The position numbers and the translations under genes are program-made. From an uncultured Lentisphaeria bacterium (lineage in GTDB: Bacteria; Verrucomicrobiota; Lentisphaeria; JABSQK01; JAJFLO01): a stretch of DNA of 32,000 bases. Location of the stretch: the NCBI GenBank assembly GCA_951812855.1, contig OX638337.1, forward strand, positions 450,001-482,000, written 5' to 3'. Positions 8,754 to 18,194 of this stretch are shown piece after piece. The notes under the pieces are model-generated. The model made no database searches and had not been told where the DNA came from. It worked only from the letters and a program-made list of their open reading frames with translations. How positions within the stretch are numbered: the first letter of the stretch is position 1; each line of letters begins with the position of its first letter.

Positions 8754-9314
8754 TTAGATCGGGACGACATCCTGAACTTCCGGGATTTCTTGCTGTAACC
8801 GGTTTTGAATTCCCATTTTAAGTGTCATTGCTGAACTGGGGCATCCTGAACATGCACCGACCATTTCAAGATAAACAATTCCATTTTCAAACCGCTCAAA
8901 CGTAATATCTCCCCCGTCCATAGCAACAACAGGCCGAATTTCATTATCAATGATTTCTTTTATAGTTTGAGACGTCTCGGATATTTCTCCCCGAATTTCA
9001 GATTTATCCCGAGGCTTACAAATTAATTCACCCGATTCCAAATGATCACGTATCGTCGTCATTATTTCTTTATTCAGTTCCCGCAGTCGATCCTGATCAG
9101 ATATTGTCACTGATATAAATGCAGATCCAATCATGACACCGGAAACCTCCTCCAGTTTAAATAATTTCGCAGCAAGAGGAGAAAAGGTCAACGCTTCTGA
9201 CTCAGATGTATAATTTTCGGTCCCGGTAACGAGAAGCTGTTTATTCAATGAATATTTCAGTGCATTAGGATTTGGAGTAAATTCCAAATTGATTTCAAGT
9301 TCAATTTTTGACAT
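8754..9314 (-). CDS. Nfu/NifU-type Fe-S cluster carrier (Nfu_N domain plus NifU C-terminal CxxC domain)
   Basis: 186 aa. The N-terminus FTPNPNALKY matches the Nfu_N domain. The C-terminus IRPVVAMDGGDITF...GACSGCPSSAMTLKMGI is the NifU-like CxxC module. Confidence 0.85.
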   Translation of the reverse strand: MSKIELEINLEFTPNPNALKYSLNKQLLVTGTENYTSESEALTFSPLAAKLFKLEEVSGVMIGSAFISVTISDQDRLRELNKEIMTTIRDHLESGELICKPRDKSEIRGEISETSQTIKEIIDNEIRPVVAMDGGDITFERFENGIVYLEMVGACSGCPSSAMTLKMGIQNRLQQEIPEVQDVVPI

Positions 9315-9319
9315 ATCGC

Positions 9320-9547
9320 TTAAATTTCTGGTTTTTTTACAGTGTTTAACAAACGGTCGATAATAACAAACGCAATTGCTGCCTGTTCATTTCGATTAAA
9401 ATTTTCTTCAAGTTCCTTAATTTTTCTCTGGATTTTAGGTGAACTCTCAGGATCATCACTGGCAAGTGTGAACGCTTGCTTTAGTTGAAATTCATTAATA
9501 CAATAAACTGATTTGCCACCAGTTAGAGGAACAGGTTCGGTACTCAT
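9320..9547 (-). CDS. Small hypothetical protein (75 aa) embedded in the Fe-S carrier operon
   Basis: The ORF sits 5 nt upstream of nfu and 54 nt downstream of iscA-like, on the same strand. I recognise no family motif. The coding call rests on operon packing only. Confidence 0.5.
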   Translation of the reverse strand: MSTEPVPLTGGKSVYCINEFQLKQAFTLASDDPESSPKIQRKIKELEENFNRNEQAAIAFVIIDRLLNTVKKPEI

Positions 9548-9601
9548 AGGAAATATTACTCAGAATTTGGATTGGGTTGGTGTTGAAAAATTCAGGAAAT
9601 T

Positions 9602-9922
9602 TTATACTGAAAAACTTGCCCCGCAGGCACATGATTCAGATGCATTAGAATTTGATAACCTAAATCCAGATTGAATCAGGTCATTAGAATAATCAACATG
9701 TAATCCACCCAGGAACAAGGCACTACGGCTGTCTGAAACGATTTTTATGTCACCGTCTTCGTAAACAATTTCATCCTGATCATTGACAGTCGTATCTATA
9801 ACAGCCTTATATGTCATACCTGAACATCCTCCGGATTCTACATTGATACGCATAAATTCATTGTTATCTTTCCGATACATTCTCAGTTGCTCTTTTGCAA
9901 GATCTGTAACGACTATATTCAT
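9602..9922 (-). CDS. IscA/HesB/ErpA-family Fe-S cluster insertion (A-type carrier) protein
   Basis: 106 aa with the GGCSG motif and the C-terminal CACGASFSV signature (C-x-C-G-x-S-F) of A-type carriers. Confidence 0.9.
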   Translation of the reverse strand: MNIVVTDLAKEQLRMYRKDNNEFMRINVESGGCSGMTYKAVIDTTVNDQDEIVYEDGDIKIVSDSRSALFLGGLHVDYSNDLIQSGFRLSNSNASESCACGASFSV

Positions 9923-10188
9923 AATAACTCACGTAATAAAATTTGGTTTTAGAAATGATAACAGGTTAAAATAACACCTTTATTAAAAGCAGCATATGTA
10001 CACGATTATAGAATAAAACTGATAATTTGTCAAGATTTACCAACTGATGATCTTAGTTTTAATGGTTTATGGTCTTATAGTATAACCAATTATTACCAGC
10101 ACTGAATGCTGATTAACGATGTGTCAGGTTTCACGCCGCTGTATAAACTGACAATTGCAATACAGAAAGGTTGCGTCCGGGAATAGTC

Positions 10189-11619
10189 ATGACAAACAAG
10201 AATTCGAGAGTTCATGTCGCAGTCATTGGTGCGGGTCCCGCAGGTTATGCTGCTGGATTTAAGGCAGCGGATTTGGGATTAAGGGTTACATTGGTTGACA
10301 GGGAATATAATCCGGGTGGCGTTTGTTTATATCGAGGCTGCATCCCGTCAAAAGCACTCCTGCATGTTGCAAAGGTCATACATGAAGCAGATAAACTGTC
10401 CAATTGCGGTATTTTATTTTCAAAACCAAAAATCAATGTAGATAAATTACGTACCTGGAAAGAGAGTGTCGTTAGCCAACTCACATCGGGTTTAGGACAA
10501 CTTTCAAAAGTACGTGATATTACATTCATTCAGGGCACCGCTCAGTTTAAAAACAGCACTACTGTTTCAATTCATAAAAATGATGGCTCACAGCTGGAAT
10601 TAAATGTTGATTATACCATTATTGCTGTCGGTTCAGAGCCGATAAATATACCCGGGTTTCCAGATATCAGTGAAAAAATAATGGATTCAACCGAAGCACT
10701 GGACATTCAGGATATTCCAAAATCAATGTTAGTTGTCGGTGGTGGTTATATTGGATTAGAACTTGCTTCGGTGTATAATGCACTGGGGACAAATGTAACC
10801 GTAGCAGAAATGACATCGGGACTTTTACCCGGCACTGACAGAGATATGGCATCAATACTTGAGAAGCAGATAAAAAATCGATCTATCACGGTATTTCTTA
10901 ACACAAGAGTCGAAGCACTCAAAGAATTAAAAGGGAATGTAAGAGTAAAGTTTTCCGGGGATAGTATTGAAAAAACTGACTATAACTTTGATAAAGTATT
11001 GATCGCCATAGGTCGCAAACCAAATGCAAATAATATCGGATTAGAAAATACCAGAGTTAATATTGACAGCAGAGGATTTATTACTGTTGATCCCCAACGA
11101 CGCTCAACCGATCCATCAATTTTTGCTGTAGGCGATATAACCGGTGATCCAATGCTGGCACACAAGGGGAGTCATGAGGGAATCGTTGCAGCAGAAGTTA
11201 TTGCAGGTGAAAAAGTTGAATTTGCTCCTCACGCAATACCTGCGGTTGTTTTTACCGACCCTGAACTTGCATGGTGTGGATTAACTGAAACGGAGGCAAA
11301 ATCTAAAAATGTCGATGTTGAAATAAAAAAATTCCCCTGGGCAGCTTCCGGGCGGGCAACGACATGTAATCGAACTGATGGACTGACCAAATTGATAATT
11401 GATCCTGACTCCGGACGAATACTGGGAGTCGGAATTTGTGGACCGGGGGCTGGAGAGTTAATAGCAGAAGGTGCTTTAGCAATAGAAATGGCTGCATCAG
11501 CTTCTGATCTGAAATTAGTAATTCATCCACATCCCACATTGAGTGAAACAATTATGGAATCTGCAGAACTGTTTTATGGGCCGAGCACCCATATGTTTCG
11601 ACCTGAAAAGAACAATTAG
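10189..11619 (+). CDS. lpdA: Dihydrolipoyl dehydrogenase (E3 component)
   Basis: FAD-binding VIGAGPAGYAAG, the redox-active disulfide GGVCLYRGCIPSK, the NAD fold VVGGGYIGLE, and the C-terminal HPHPTLSE interface motif. I prefer the ATG at 10189 over the TTG at 10171 used in the ORF track. Confidence 0.93.
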   Translation: MTNKNSRVHVAVIGAGPAGYAAGFKAADLGLRVTLVDREYNPGGVCLYRGCIPSKALLHVAKVIHEADKLSNCGILFSKPKINVDKLRTWKESVVSQLTSGLGQLSKVRDITFIQGTAQFKNSTTVSIHKNDGSQLELNVDYTIIAVGSEPINIPGFPDISEKIMDSTEALDIQDIPKSMLVVGGGYIGLELASVYNALGTNVTVAEMTSGLLPGTDRDMASILEKQIKNRSITVFLNTRVEALKELKGNVRVKFSGDSIEKTDYNFDKVLIAIGRKPNANNIGLENTRVNIDSRGFITVDPQRRSTDPSIFAVGDITGDPMLAHKGSHEGIVAAEVIAGEKVEFAPHAIPAVVFTDPELAWCGLTETEAKSKNVDVEIKKFPWAASGRATTCNRTDGLTKLIIDPDSGRILGVGICGPGAGELIAEGALAIEMAASASDLKLVIHPHPTLSETIMESAELFYGPSTHMFRPEKNN

Positions 11620-11738
11620 TATCAAACTTTTGAGGATTGTTTTTTTTTAATAACCCAACTATTGTTGTACTGAATATTGTGCGAATAAAATCTATATGAA
11701 ACTTTCAAACATTAAATTTGTGATTTAAGGATCCAGGC

Positions 11739-12299
11739 ATGAAAATCAAACATTTTACACTTATTGAAATTCTGTCATCCATGGTGATCATTATGATATT
11801 AGTTGGTTTAGTTTTTGGCGGTGCAAGTGTGGCAACCCGTTTTGCGAAAAAAAATAAATGTAAGGCACAAATCACAGCACTGGAAGTTATTTTCGAACAA
11901 TATAAAACGGACTGGTATTTTTATCCTGAAGCAAATGAGAATGAAATTGAATTAACGCCAGCCTGGTGGGTGGAAAATCTATTGGATCCAGACGGAAAAT
12001 CTTATATTGACAATACTCAACTCGGGCTCAATGAGGTCATCGTTGGCGGTAATACCGGTTATGTTGATCCATATGGAAATCCCTTTTATTATCACAGTAT
12101 TGACCTGTCACCTCTTCCTGCCACGCCATTAAAACTAATGAACCCGGAAAAATTTGATTTGTGGTCAAAAGGATATGACCGAGAACATGGAGAAGCCGGA
12201 GTTGATGACGACGGCAATTCAACCAGTGATGATTCCTTTGATGCAAAAATATCGAGTGCTGAGTATTCAGACGATATTACCAACTGGTCAGACAATTAG
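11739..12299 (+). CDS. GspG-like type II secretion pseudopilin (prepilin-type N-terminal methylation domain), acidic C-terminal tail
   Basis: N-terminal MKIKH-FTLIEILSSMVIIMILVGLVF (FTLIE motif plus hydrophobic helix). The later segment DPYGNPFYYHS...FDLWSKGYD...G..DDDG resembles the GspG DPWGNPY...YDL.S.G.DG core. Confidence 0.75.
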   Translation: MKIKHFTLIEILSSMVIIMILVGLVFGGASVATRFAKKNKCKAQITALEVIFEQYKTDWYFYPEANENEIELTPAWWVENLLDPDGKSYIDNTQLGLNEVIVGGNTGYVDPYGNPFYYHSIDLSPLPATPLKLMNPEKFDLWSKGYDREHGEAGVDDDGNSTSDDSFDAKISSAEYSDDITNWSDN

Positions 12300-12579
12300 G
12301 TTTTATCTGTAAATTTTAGGAGAAACCAAAATATAGATTCAATATTTCTCATATTATTTTAGTTATGGAGATATCGAATCTGGTGTGATTGCTTTTTCCT
12401 AAATTCTATCAGATAACAGTGTTGTTAATCGTAGGATTTATTAGCAGTATTTATTATTATGCAACAACTTCATCTTTTTGATAATAGCACGGGGCTATTC
12501 AAAATAAATCAAACATCATGATCATACATGATGTTTCTTAATTGTTACCTTAAACTATCCTTATCATGGAGTAATTAAT

Positions 12580-14115
12580 ATGTTAGTGAAAATATTCAGT
12601 GCTGCCATTCAGGGATTTGATTCTTATACGGTTGAAGTTGAAATTAACGCTACAGGAATAGGTGAACAAACAAACGTTGCAATCGTCGGTCTTCCAGATA
12701 ACGCGATTAGAGAAAGTCGTGAACGCGTCAAATCAGCACTCAGTGCCTGTGGTCATACCCATCCTCTCGGGCACACCACAATCAATCTGGCCCCGGCAGA
12801 TATAAAAAAAGAAGGTGCTGCATTTGATTTACCGATTGCAATTGGAATGATTGCAGCAATAAATAAACTGCCCGGTGAGTCTCTTGAAAATAAACTCATC
12901 GTTGGTGAATTAGCTCTCGATGGGCAAATACGTCCCGTAACGGGTGTATTGCCAATTTCCCTCCATGCGAAAAAAATCGGCAAAAAATGTATCATCGTAC
13001 CCGGTCAAAACGCAAAAGAAGCCGGAATTGTTGCAGGTATCGATGTTATTGGAATTAATCATCTCAAAGACGCAGTTGACTATCTTAATGGGGATAAATC
13101 CTTATCTCCCATCCGTATTGATATTAATGATTACTATACCAATCATAAAAATTCATCACCGGACATTGTCGATATAAAGGGCCAGGATTTTGTCAAACGT
13201 GCTCTTGAAGTAGCAGCAGCCGGCAGTCACAATATTATTTTAATCGGCCCTCCCGGAACGGGTAAAACATTGCTGGCTCAACGCCTGCCATCGATACTGC
13301 CTTTGATGGAAATTGACGAAGCACTGGACACTACAAAAATTCATAGTATCGGCGGATTACTTGAAAAAAAATGTCCCCTTGTCGTCGTACGTCCTTTTCG
13401 ATCACCACACCACACGATCAGCGATGCAGGATTGCTCGGGGGCCAGAGTAATCCAAAACCGGGCGAGGTAAGCCTGGCTCACAATGGCGTTTTATTTCTT
13501 GACGAATTCCCTGAATTCAAACGAAGCGTGTTAGAGGTACTCCGTCAACCTTTAGAAAATGGTGAAGTCACAATTTCCCGTGCGGCGGGATCTGTAGTAT
13601 TTCCCGCTAACTTTCAGCTGATTGCTGCAATGAACCCCTGTCCGTGCGGGCACTATGGAAATTACCAGCGTCAATGCCGCTGCACACCGCATCAAATTCA
13701 ACGTTATAGATCACGAATCTCCGGGCCGTTATTGGACCGGATAGATATTCATGTTGAGGCAGGTCCAATTTCAGAAAAAGAATTAATGTCATCTCCTGAT
13801 GGTGAATTTTCAAAGACCATTCGCAAAAGAGTCTGCAATGCCCGCAGTAAACAAATCAGGCGATTTACCGGATCTTCAACATTAAGAAACGCTGATATGA
13901 AACCGAAAGAAATTCAAACACTGTGCAAATTAAATTCAGAGTGCCGCAATTTATTAAAAATGGCAATTAACGAATTAAATTTAAGTGCAAGAGCTTATGA
14001 TCGCATTCTCCGGGTAGCACGAACAATCTCCGATCTTGCTGATAGTGAAGACATCGATGAAGCACATCTTTCAGAGGCAATCCAGTATCGATCCCTGGAT
14101 CGCCAATTATGGTAA
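12580..14115 (+). CDS. comM: YifB/ComM-family Mg-chelatase-like AAA+ ATPase
   Basis: 511 aa. N-terminal Lon-protease-like domain ([12 protein letters not shown]), Walker [19 protein letters not shown] (Walker B), a Cys cluster NPCPCGHYG...CRC, and the C-terminal [18 protein letters not shown]. Confidence 0.93.
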   Translation: MLVKIFSAAIQGFDSYTVEVEINATGIGEQTNVAIVGLPDNAIRESRERVKSALSACGHTHPLGHTTINLAPADIKKEGAAFDLPIAIGMIAAINKLPGESLENKLIVGELALDGQIRPVTGVLPISLHAKKIGKKCIIVPGQNAKEAGIVAGIDVIGINHLKDAVDYLNGDKSLSPIRIDINDYYTNHKNSSPDIVDIKGQDFVKRALEVAAAGSHNIILIGPPGTGKTLLAQRLPSILPLMEIDEALDTTKIHSIGGLLEKKCPLVVVRPFRSPHHTISDAGLLGGQSNPKPGEVSLAHNGVLFLDEFPEFKRSVLEVLRQPLENGEVTISRAAGSVVFPANFQLIAAMNPCPCGHYGNYQRQCRCTPHQIQRYRSRISGPLLDRIDIHVEAGPISEKELMSSPDGEFSKTIRKRVCNARSKQIRRFTGSSTLRNADMKPKEIQTLCKLNSECRNLLKMAINELNLSARAYDRILRVARTISDLADSEDIDEAHLSEAIQYRSLDRQLW

Positions 14116-14273
14116 ATTAACACGCTTTCAAGCCCGTCTAATCAGAATCAATTTTAAATCAATCAAAGAGAAACTAAATCTATCGGTTAATGAATCGAGT
14201 ATAAATTTGCTATATTCAATAATCCCGGTAAATCAGCTGAAACTATTTATTCTGGATTTTAAAATGGTATCGA

Positions 14274-14948
14274 ATGGGAAATTATAAAAAATTAACTTCA
14301 GGATTGTTTATTTCGTTTGAAGGTCCTGATTGTTCAGGAAAATCAACTCAGGTAAACCGTTTGGCAGCCAAACTAAAAGACAGAGGATATGCAGTATTAG
14401 AAACTAGAGACCCTGGCGGAACATACATTGGAGAGAAAATTAGACATTTTGTAAAACATGTCGGCGGAGAAAATGCCGTTTGTGATGAAGCTGAATTACT
14501 TCTGTTTTGTGCAGGCCGGGCACAACTTATTTCAAAAGTAATTCAGCCATTTTTGAATGAAGGCGGCATTGTTATATGTGATCGTTTTGCAGATTCAACT
14601 ACGGCTTATCAAGGGTATGCTCGTGGATTTGATTTAAATTTTATTAATGCGTTACATGAAATATCCACCTGCGGATGCTGGCCTGATATAACCTTTTTAC
14701 TTGATTTAGAAATTTGTGAAGCGTCTTCCAGGAACAAGACAAGATTGATTCAAAATAATGAAAGTGATCGAATTGAGGAAGAATCAATAACATTCCATGA
14801 AAATGTACGAAAGGGATACTTAAAAATCGCTTCAGAAAATCCTAATCGCATAAAGATTTTAAATGCGGATGAAGATAAAAATATTTTACATGATTTAATA
14901 ATCAATTATGTCGATGATACAATCAGAGTCAATTCCAGTCAGGTATAA
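14274..14948 (+). CDS. tmk: Thymidylate kinase
   Basis: The P-loop FISFEGPDCSGKSTQ, a DRF motif (ICDRFADST) and a lid region. The length (224 aa) is typical. Confidence 0.93.
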   Translation: MGNYKKLTSGLFISFEGPDCSGKSTQVNRLAAKLKDRGYAVLETRDPGGTYIGEKIRHFVKHVGGENAVCDEAELLLFCAGRAQLISKVIQPFLNEGGIVICDRFADSTTAYQGYARGFDLNFINALHEISTCGCWPDITFLLDLEICEASSRNKTRLIQNNESDRIEEESITFHENVRKGYLKIASENPNRIKILNADEDKNILHDLIINYVDDTIRVNSSQV

Positions 14949-15945
14949 GAAGTTAACGGGTTATATATGCAGCGCATGTATAAATAATCGGGTTTCACAT
15001 TCCTGGATTGTTACCTATAAAGGGAATGAACATCTTGACGCTTTTGTTAACTATTGGTTACAGTTGAATATTTGCCAAAAATTAAGTGAGATCGGGGAAC
15101 CGTGTGAAAAATGCAGTAACTGTCAGACTATAATTCAAAGACAATATCCTTTTCTTTTTGAAATAAAACCAACATCAAAATTAAGACAGATAGTAATTGA
15201 TGAAATCCGCGAGTTGGAACATTTCCTGTATCTTAAAACCAATCATCAGAAAAAAATTGGCTTAATCTACCATGCAGACAGAATGACGGTTCAGGCACAA
15301 AATGCATTTCTAAAAACATTGGAAGAACCCACACCTGACACGTTATTATTATTACTGACTTCAAACACCAATGCTCTACTTCCCACGATTAGATCACGAT
15401 GTCATGTCATATCACTGTTTAACGAAAACTATGTGTTCAATTTTGAAGGCAGAGATAAACTCTGTGAAGTATTAGCAACAATGACTAAAGGATCCGGAGC
15501 AAAAGTTGCAGCATCAGCATCTTATTCAATCAACAGTATATTGGAGAAATTACAAAAATCGGTAATTAACAATCACGAAGTAAAAGAAAAAGAAATTGAG
15601 TTAAACAGTTATAAAGATAATAAAGACATTGAAAAGAAATTAGCCAGTCAGTTTGAAGCAATAAAGATGGCAAATTATATCAGAGCCAGAGACGAATTAA
15701 TCAGTGCTGTATATAGTTGGTATGCTCAACAATATATTATCGCCTGTGGAATACCTGAATCACTGCTTGCAAATCCCGAATTATGTAATGATTTATCAGG
15801 TAAAGCGTATCAAAACAGCGAAACTGTCAATTTTTCTATGAGAAATCTTCGACTGACTGAAAATTTTATATCAACCATAAATTACAATGTTGATGAAAAA
15901 CTTGCGATTCAAAATTTTTGCCAGGAAATCTGCAAAAAAAATTAG
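14908..15945 (+). CDS. holB: DNA polymerase III delta-prime subunit
   Basis: A zinc-module-like CEKCSNCQ, AFLKTLEEPTPDTLLLLLT and SRC motif LPTIRSRC, with a degenerate P-loop as expected for delta-prime. The conserved tmk-holB order supports the call. The start overlaps tmk by 41 nt; 14914 is an alternative start. Confidence 0.85.
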   Translation: MSMIQSESIPVRYKKLTGYICSACINNRVSHSWIVTYKGNEHLDAFVNYWLQLNICQKLSEIGEPCEKCSNCQTIIQRQYPFLFEIKPTSKLRQIVIDEIRELEHFLYLKTNHQKKIGLIYHADRMTVQAQNAFLKTLEEPTPDTLLLLLTSNTNALLPTIRSRCHVISLFNENYVFNFEGRDKLCEVLATMTKGSGAKVAASASYSINSILEKLQKSVINNHEVKEKEIELNSYKDNKDIEKKLASQFEAIKMANYIRARDELISAVYSWYAQQYIIACGIPESLLANPELCNDLSGKAYQNSETVNFSMRNLRLTENFISTINYNVDEKLAIQNFCQEICKKN

Positions 15946-16320
15946 GTGTTATCAGTCATGTATCTTAAGATGATGTAAATAGTGTGCTCACTGCAATGGA
16001 TCAATTTTATGTTGATATGACAATTTGAATATGTCATGAACATAAAGAGCTAAGTTATTTGCATGTTGTCCACAAATTATTAACAATTTTCCATATTCGT
16101 GATAGAACATTTTTTCCACATGAAACATCCTTAATTTGAATAATTTATATTTTTTTTGTATAAAATTTACAAATTATATTTGAAAAAAAACTAATTCTTT
16201 TCCGAGTTTGTAAACAAATATTTTTCTATATAAAAAAAGCATCGTATAAAATCATTTAATTAAGCGAGTTACGTTTTTTTAATATTAATTTTGATTTTTT
16301 TTTTGAAGATATTTTTACGA

Positions 16321-17193
16321 TTATTCGACAAGCTTATTTAATGAATATTCGATAATTCCTTCAGCACCACCGGATTTTAATTTTGGAATTAATTCTCTTA
16401 CAACGTGTTCATCAATTACGGTATTTAATGCGGCCCAATTATCATCAACCAATGTTGAAATTGTAGGTTTTTTAAGTGCAGGTAACAGTTCCAGTATTTT
16501 GGGAATATTCTTTTTTTCAACATTCAGCATAATACCTACTCTGTTTTCTGCAGCTAAAACTGATTTGAGCAGGAGTGCCAAATGTTCCATTTTTTTTCTC
16601 TTAAAATCGTCAGCCCATGCGGTACCATTTGTAATGAATCGTGTTGTGGATACACATAACGTATCTACAATTCTTAGTTTGTTCGCTTTCAAAGATGATC
16701 CGGTTTCGGTAATTTCAACGATTGCGTCAGCCAGGACAGGTGGTTTAGCCTCTGTAGCTCCCCAACTAAACTCAACAATTGCGTCAACTCCATGTTCCTG
16801 AAGATAACGGTTTGTTATACCAACAGCCTCAGTTGCAATCCGTTTTCCTACAAGATGTTTCGGCGATTTAATTTCAGAATCTTCAGGTACGGCAAGAACC
16901 CATTGTAATGGAATACGTTTTACTTTGCCATAAATAAGCTCAGCAACTTCAATAACATCAGCACCACTTTCTACAACCCAGTCATAGCCTGTCAATCCGC
17001 AATCAAGTACATGTTCACTAACATAACGAGCCATTTCCTGGGCACGAATCAACATACATTCGATTTCTTCATCGTCTATATCCGGGCTGTAGGATCTGGA
17101 ACTGACATTTATTTTATACCCGGCTTTCTCAAACATTTCAAAAGTGCTTTTTTCAAGACTCCCCTTGGGCAATCCCAATTTTAGTATAGACAT
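16321..17193 (-). CDS. hisG: ATP phosphoribosyltransferase (long-form HisG)
   Basis: MSILKLGLPKGSLEKSTFEMFEKAGYKI matches the canonical HisG N-terminus. It also has the EITETGSSLKAN PRPP-binding motif and a C-terminal regulatory domain. I chose the ATG at 17193; the ORF-track start (17265) is a GTG adding 24 non-homologous residues. Confidence 0.92.
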   Translation of the reverse strand: MSILKLGLPKGSLEKSTFEMFEKAGYKINVSSRSYSPDIDDEEIECMLIRAQEMARYVSEHVLDCGLTGYDWVVESGADVIEVAELIYGKVKRIPLQWVLAVPEDSEIKSPKHLVGKRIATEAVGITNRYLQEHGVDAIVEFSWGATEAKPPVLADAIVEITETGSSLKANKLRIVDTLCVSTTRFITNGTAWADDFKRKKMEHLALLLKSVLAAENRVGIMLNVEKKNIPKILELLPALKKPTISTLVDDNWAALNTVIDEHVVRELIPKLKSGGAEGIIEYSLNKLVE

Positions 17194-17285
17194 TTTACAT
17201 TTCTTTCTTTTATTGTCTTTAATGCACCTGATGTTATAAAATGGTGAATTCGCAATCTTAAACACAGATGCATAAATTCTCCTGA

Positions 17286-17630
17286 CTACCGGTATTCAAT
17301 AAGTTCTCCATTGTCAACTTTTCTATAGAAACATGACCGTTTACCCGTATGACAGGCAGTTCCACCAAGTTGATCGATTTTAAAAATAACTGCATCTTTA
17401 TCACAATCAACTAATATCTCTTTAACGATTTGTAAGTGGCCGGACGTATCACCTTTTTTCCAAAGTTGATTTCGAGAACGTGACCAGTACGTAGCATATC
17501 CGGTTTCCAATGTCAAACTAAACGATTCCTCGTTAATATATGCCAACATTAAGATTTCACCTGTTTGATAATCTTGAGCGATTGCAGGAATTAACCCATT
17601 AGCATCTTGAGAAAAAGACAACGCCGCCAT
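17286..17630 (-). CDS. hisI: Phosphoribosyl-AMP cyclohydrolase (monofunctional HisI)
   Basis: 114 aa: GLIPAIAQD...MLAYINEES...[23 protein letters not shown]...VDCDKDA...[10 protein letters not shown], the classical HisI motifs including the metal-binding Cys residues. Confidence 0.92.
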   Translation of the reverse strand: MAALSFSQDANGLIPAIAQDYQTGEILMLAYINEESFSLTLETGYATYWSRSRNQLWKKGDTSGHLQIVKEILVDCDKDAVIFKIDQLGGTACHTGKRSCFYRKVDNGELIEYR

Positions 17631-18194
17631 AATTCATCCAGTCCTTATATTTATGTTAGTTACACTTTTTAATACCTAATTAAGCGGGATACGTACTTAG
17701 CTTCTAAACCAAAAATACAAGATGCCTGCCCTAAAAACAGTTCTCAATATTGATTTTATTCAGGTATTGCTCAATCCAGTAAATACTGACAGTCAGTGAT
17801 TATAAAATTACAACTGACTCTGATTGAGTGTATCCAAAATCAATTCTAAAAATAGCGATTTAAACCTGATAAATCACCGTCTATACTCTCTAAATCAATT
17901 TCAAAATCAGGTTTCTTGAACTTAAAAATATAAAAAATTAAATTGCCTGCATTCTATTTCCCAATTTAAAATTACATATGGCATCGATATCACTTCACCC
18001 GGAACAACGCCTGTCATGATAAAATATTTTAAAGGAAACATTGATTCATCTCAATACAATTTCCAAGCCGGTCATTAGAATTCATTAATAATGATAATAG
18101 CGTTTACACGCATATATTAGATGCGATTGACAAAGTTCTGTCCATACAGATGTGAATTTAATTATCTTTATCCAAACTAAACAGTAATTAATTT

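Noticed and set aside
12511-12536. Perfect 10-bp stem hairpin (aaacatcatg / catgatgttt, loop atcata) upstream of comM
   Set aside because: No T-run follows, and it lies 210 nt beyond the pseudopilin stop. It could be a weak terminator or a protein-binding site, but I cannot support a specific call.
14036-14287. 83-aa ORF bridging the comM 3' end and the tmk start
   Set aside because: It is out of frame within the conserved comM C-terminus and crosses an intergenic gap, so it is spurious.
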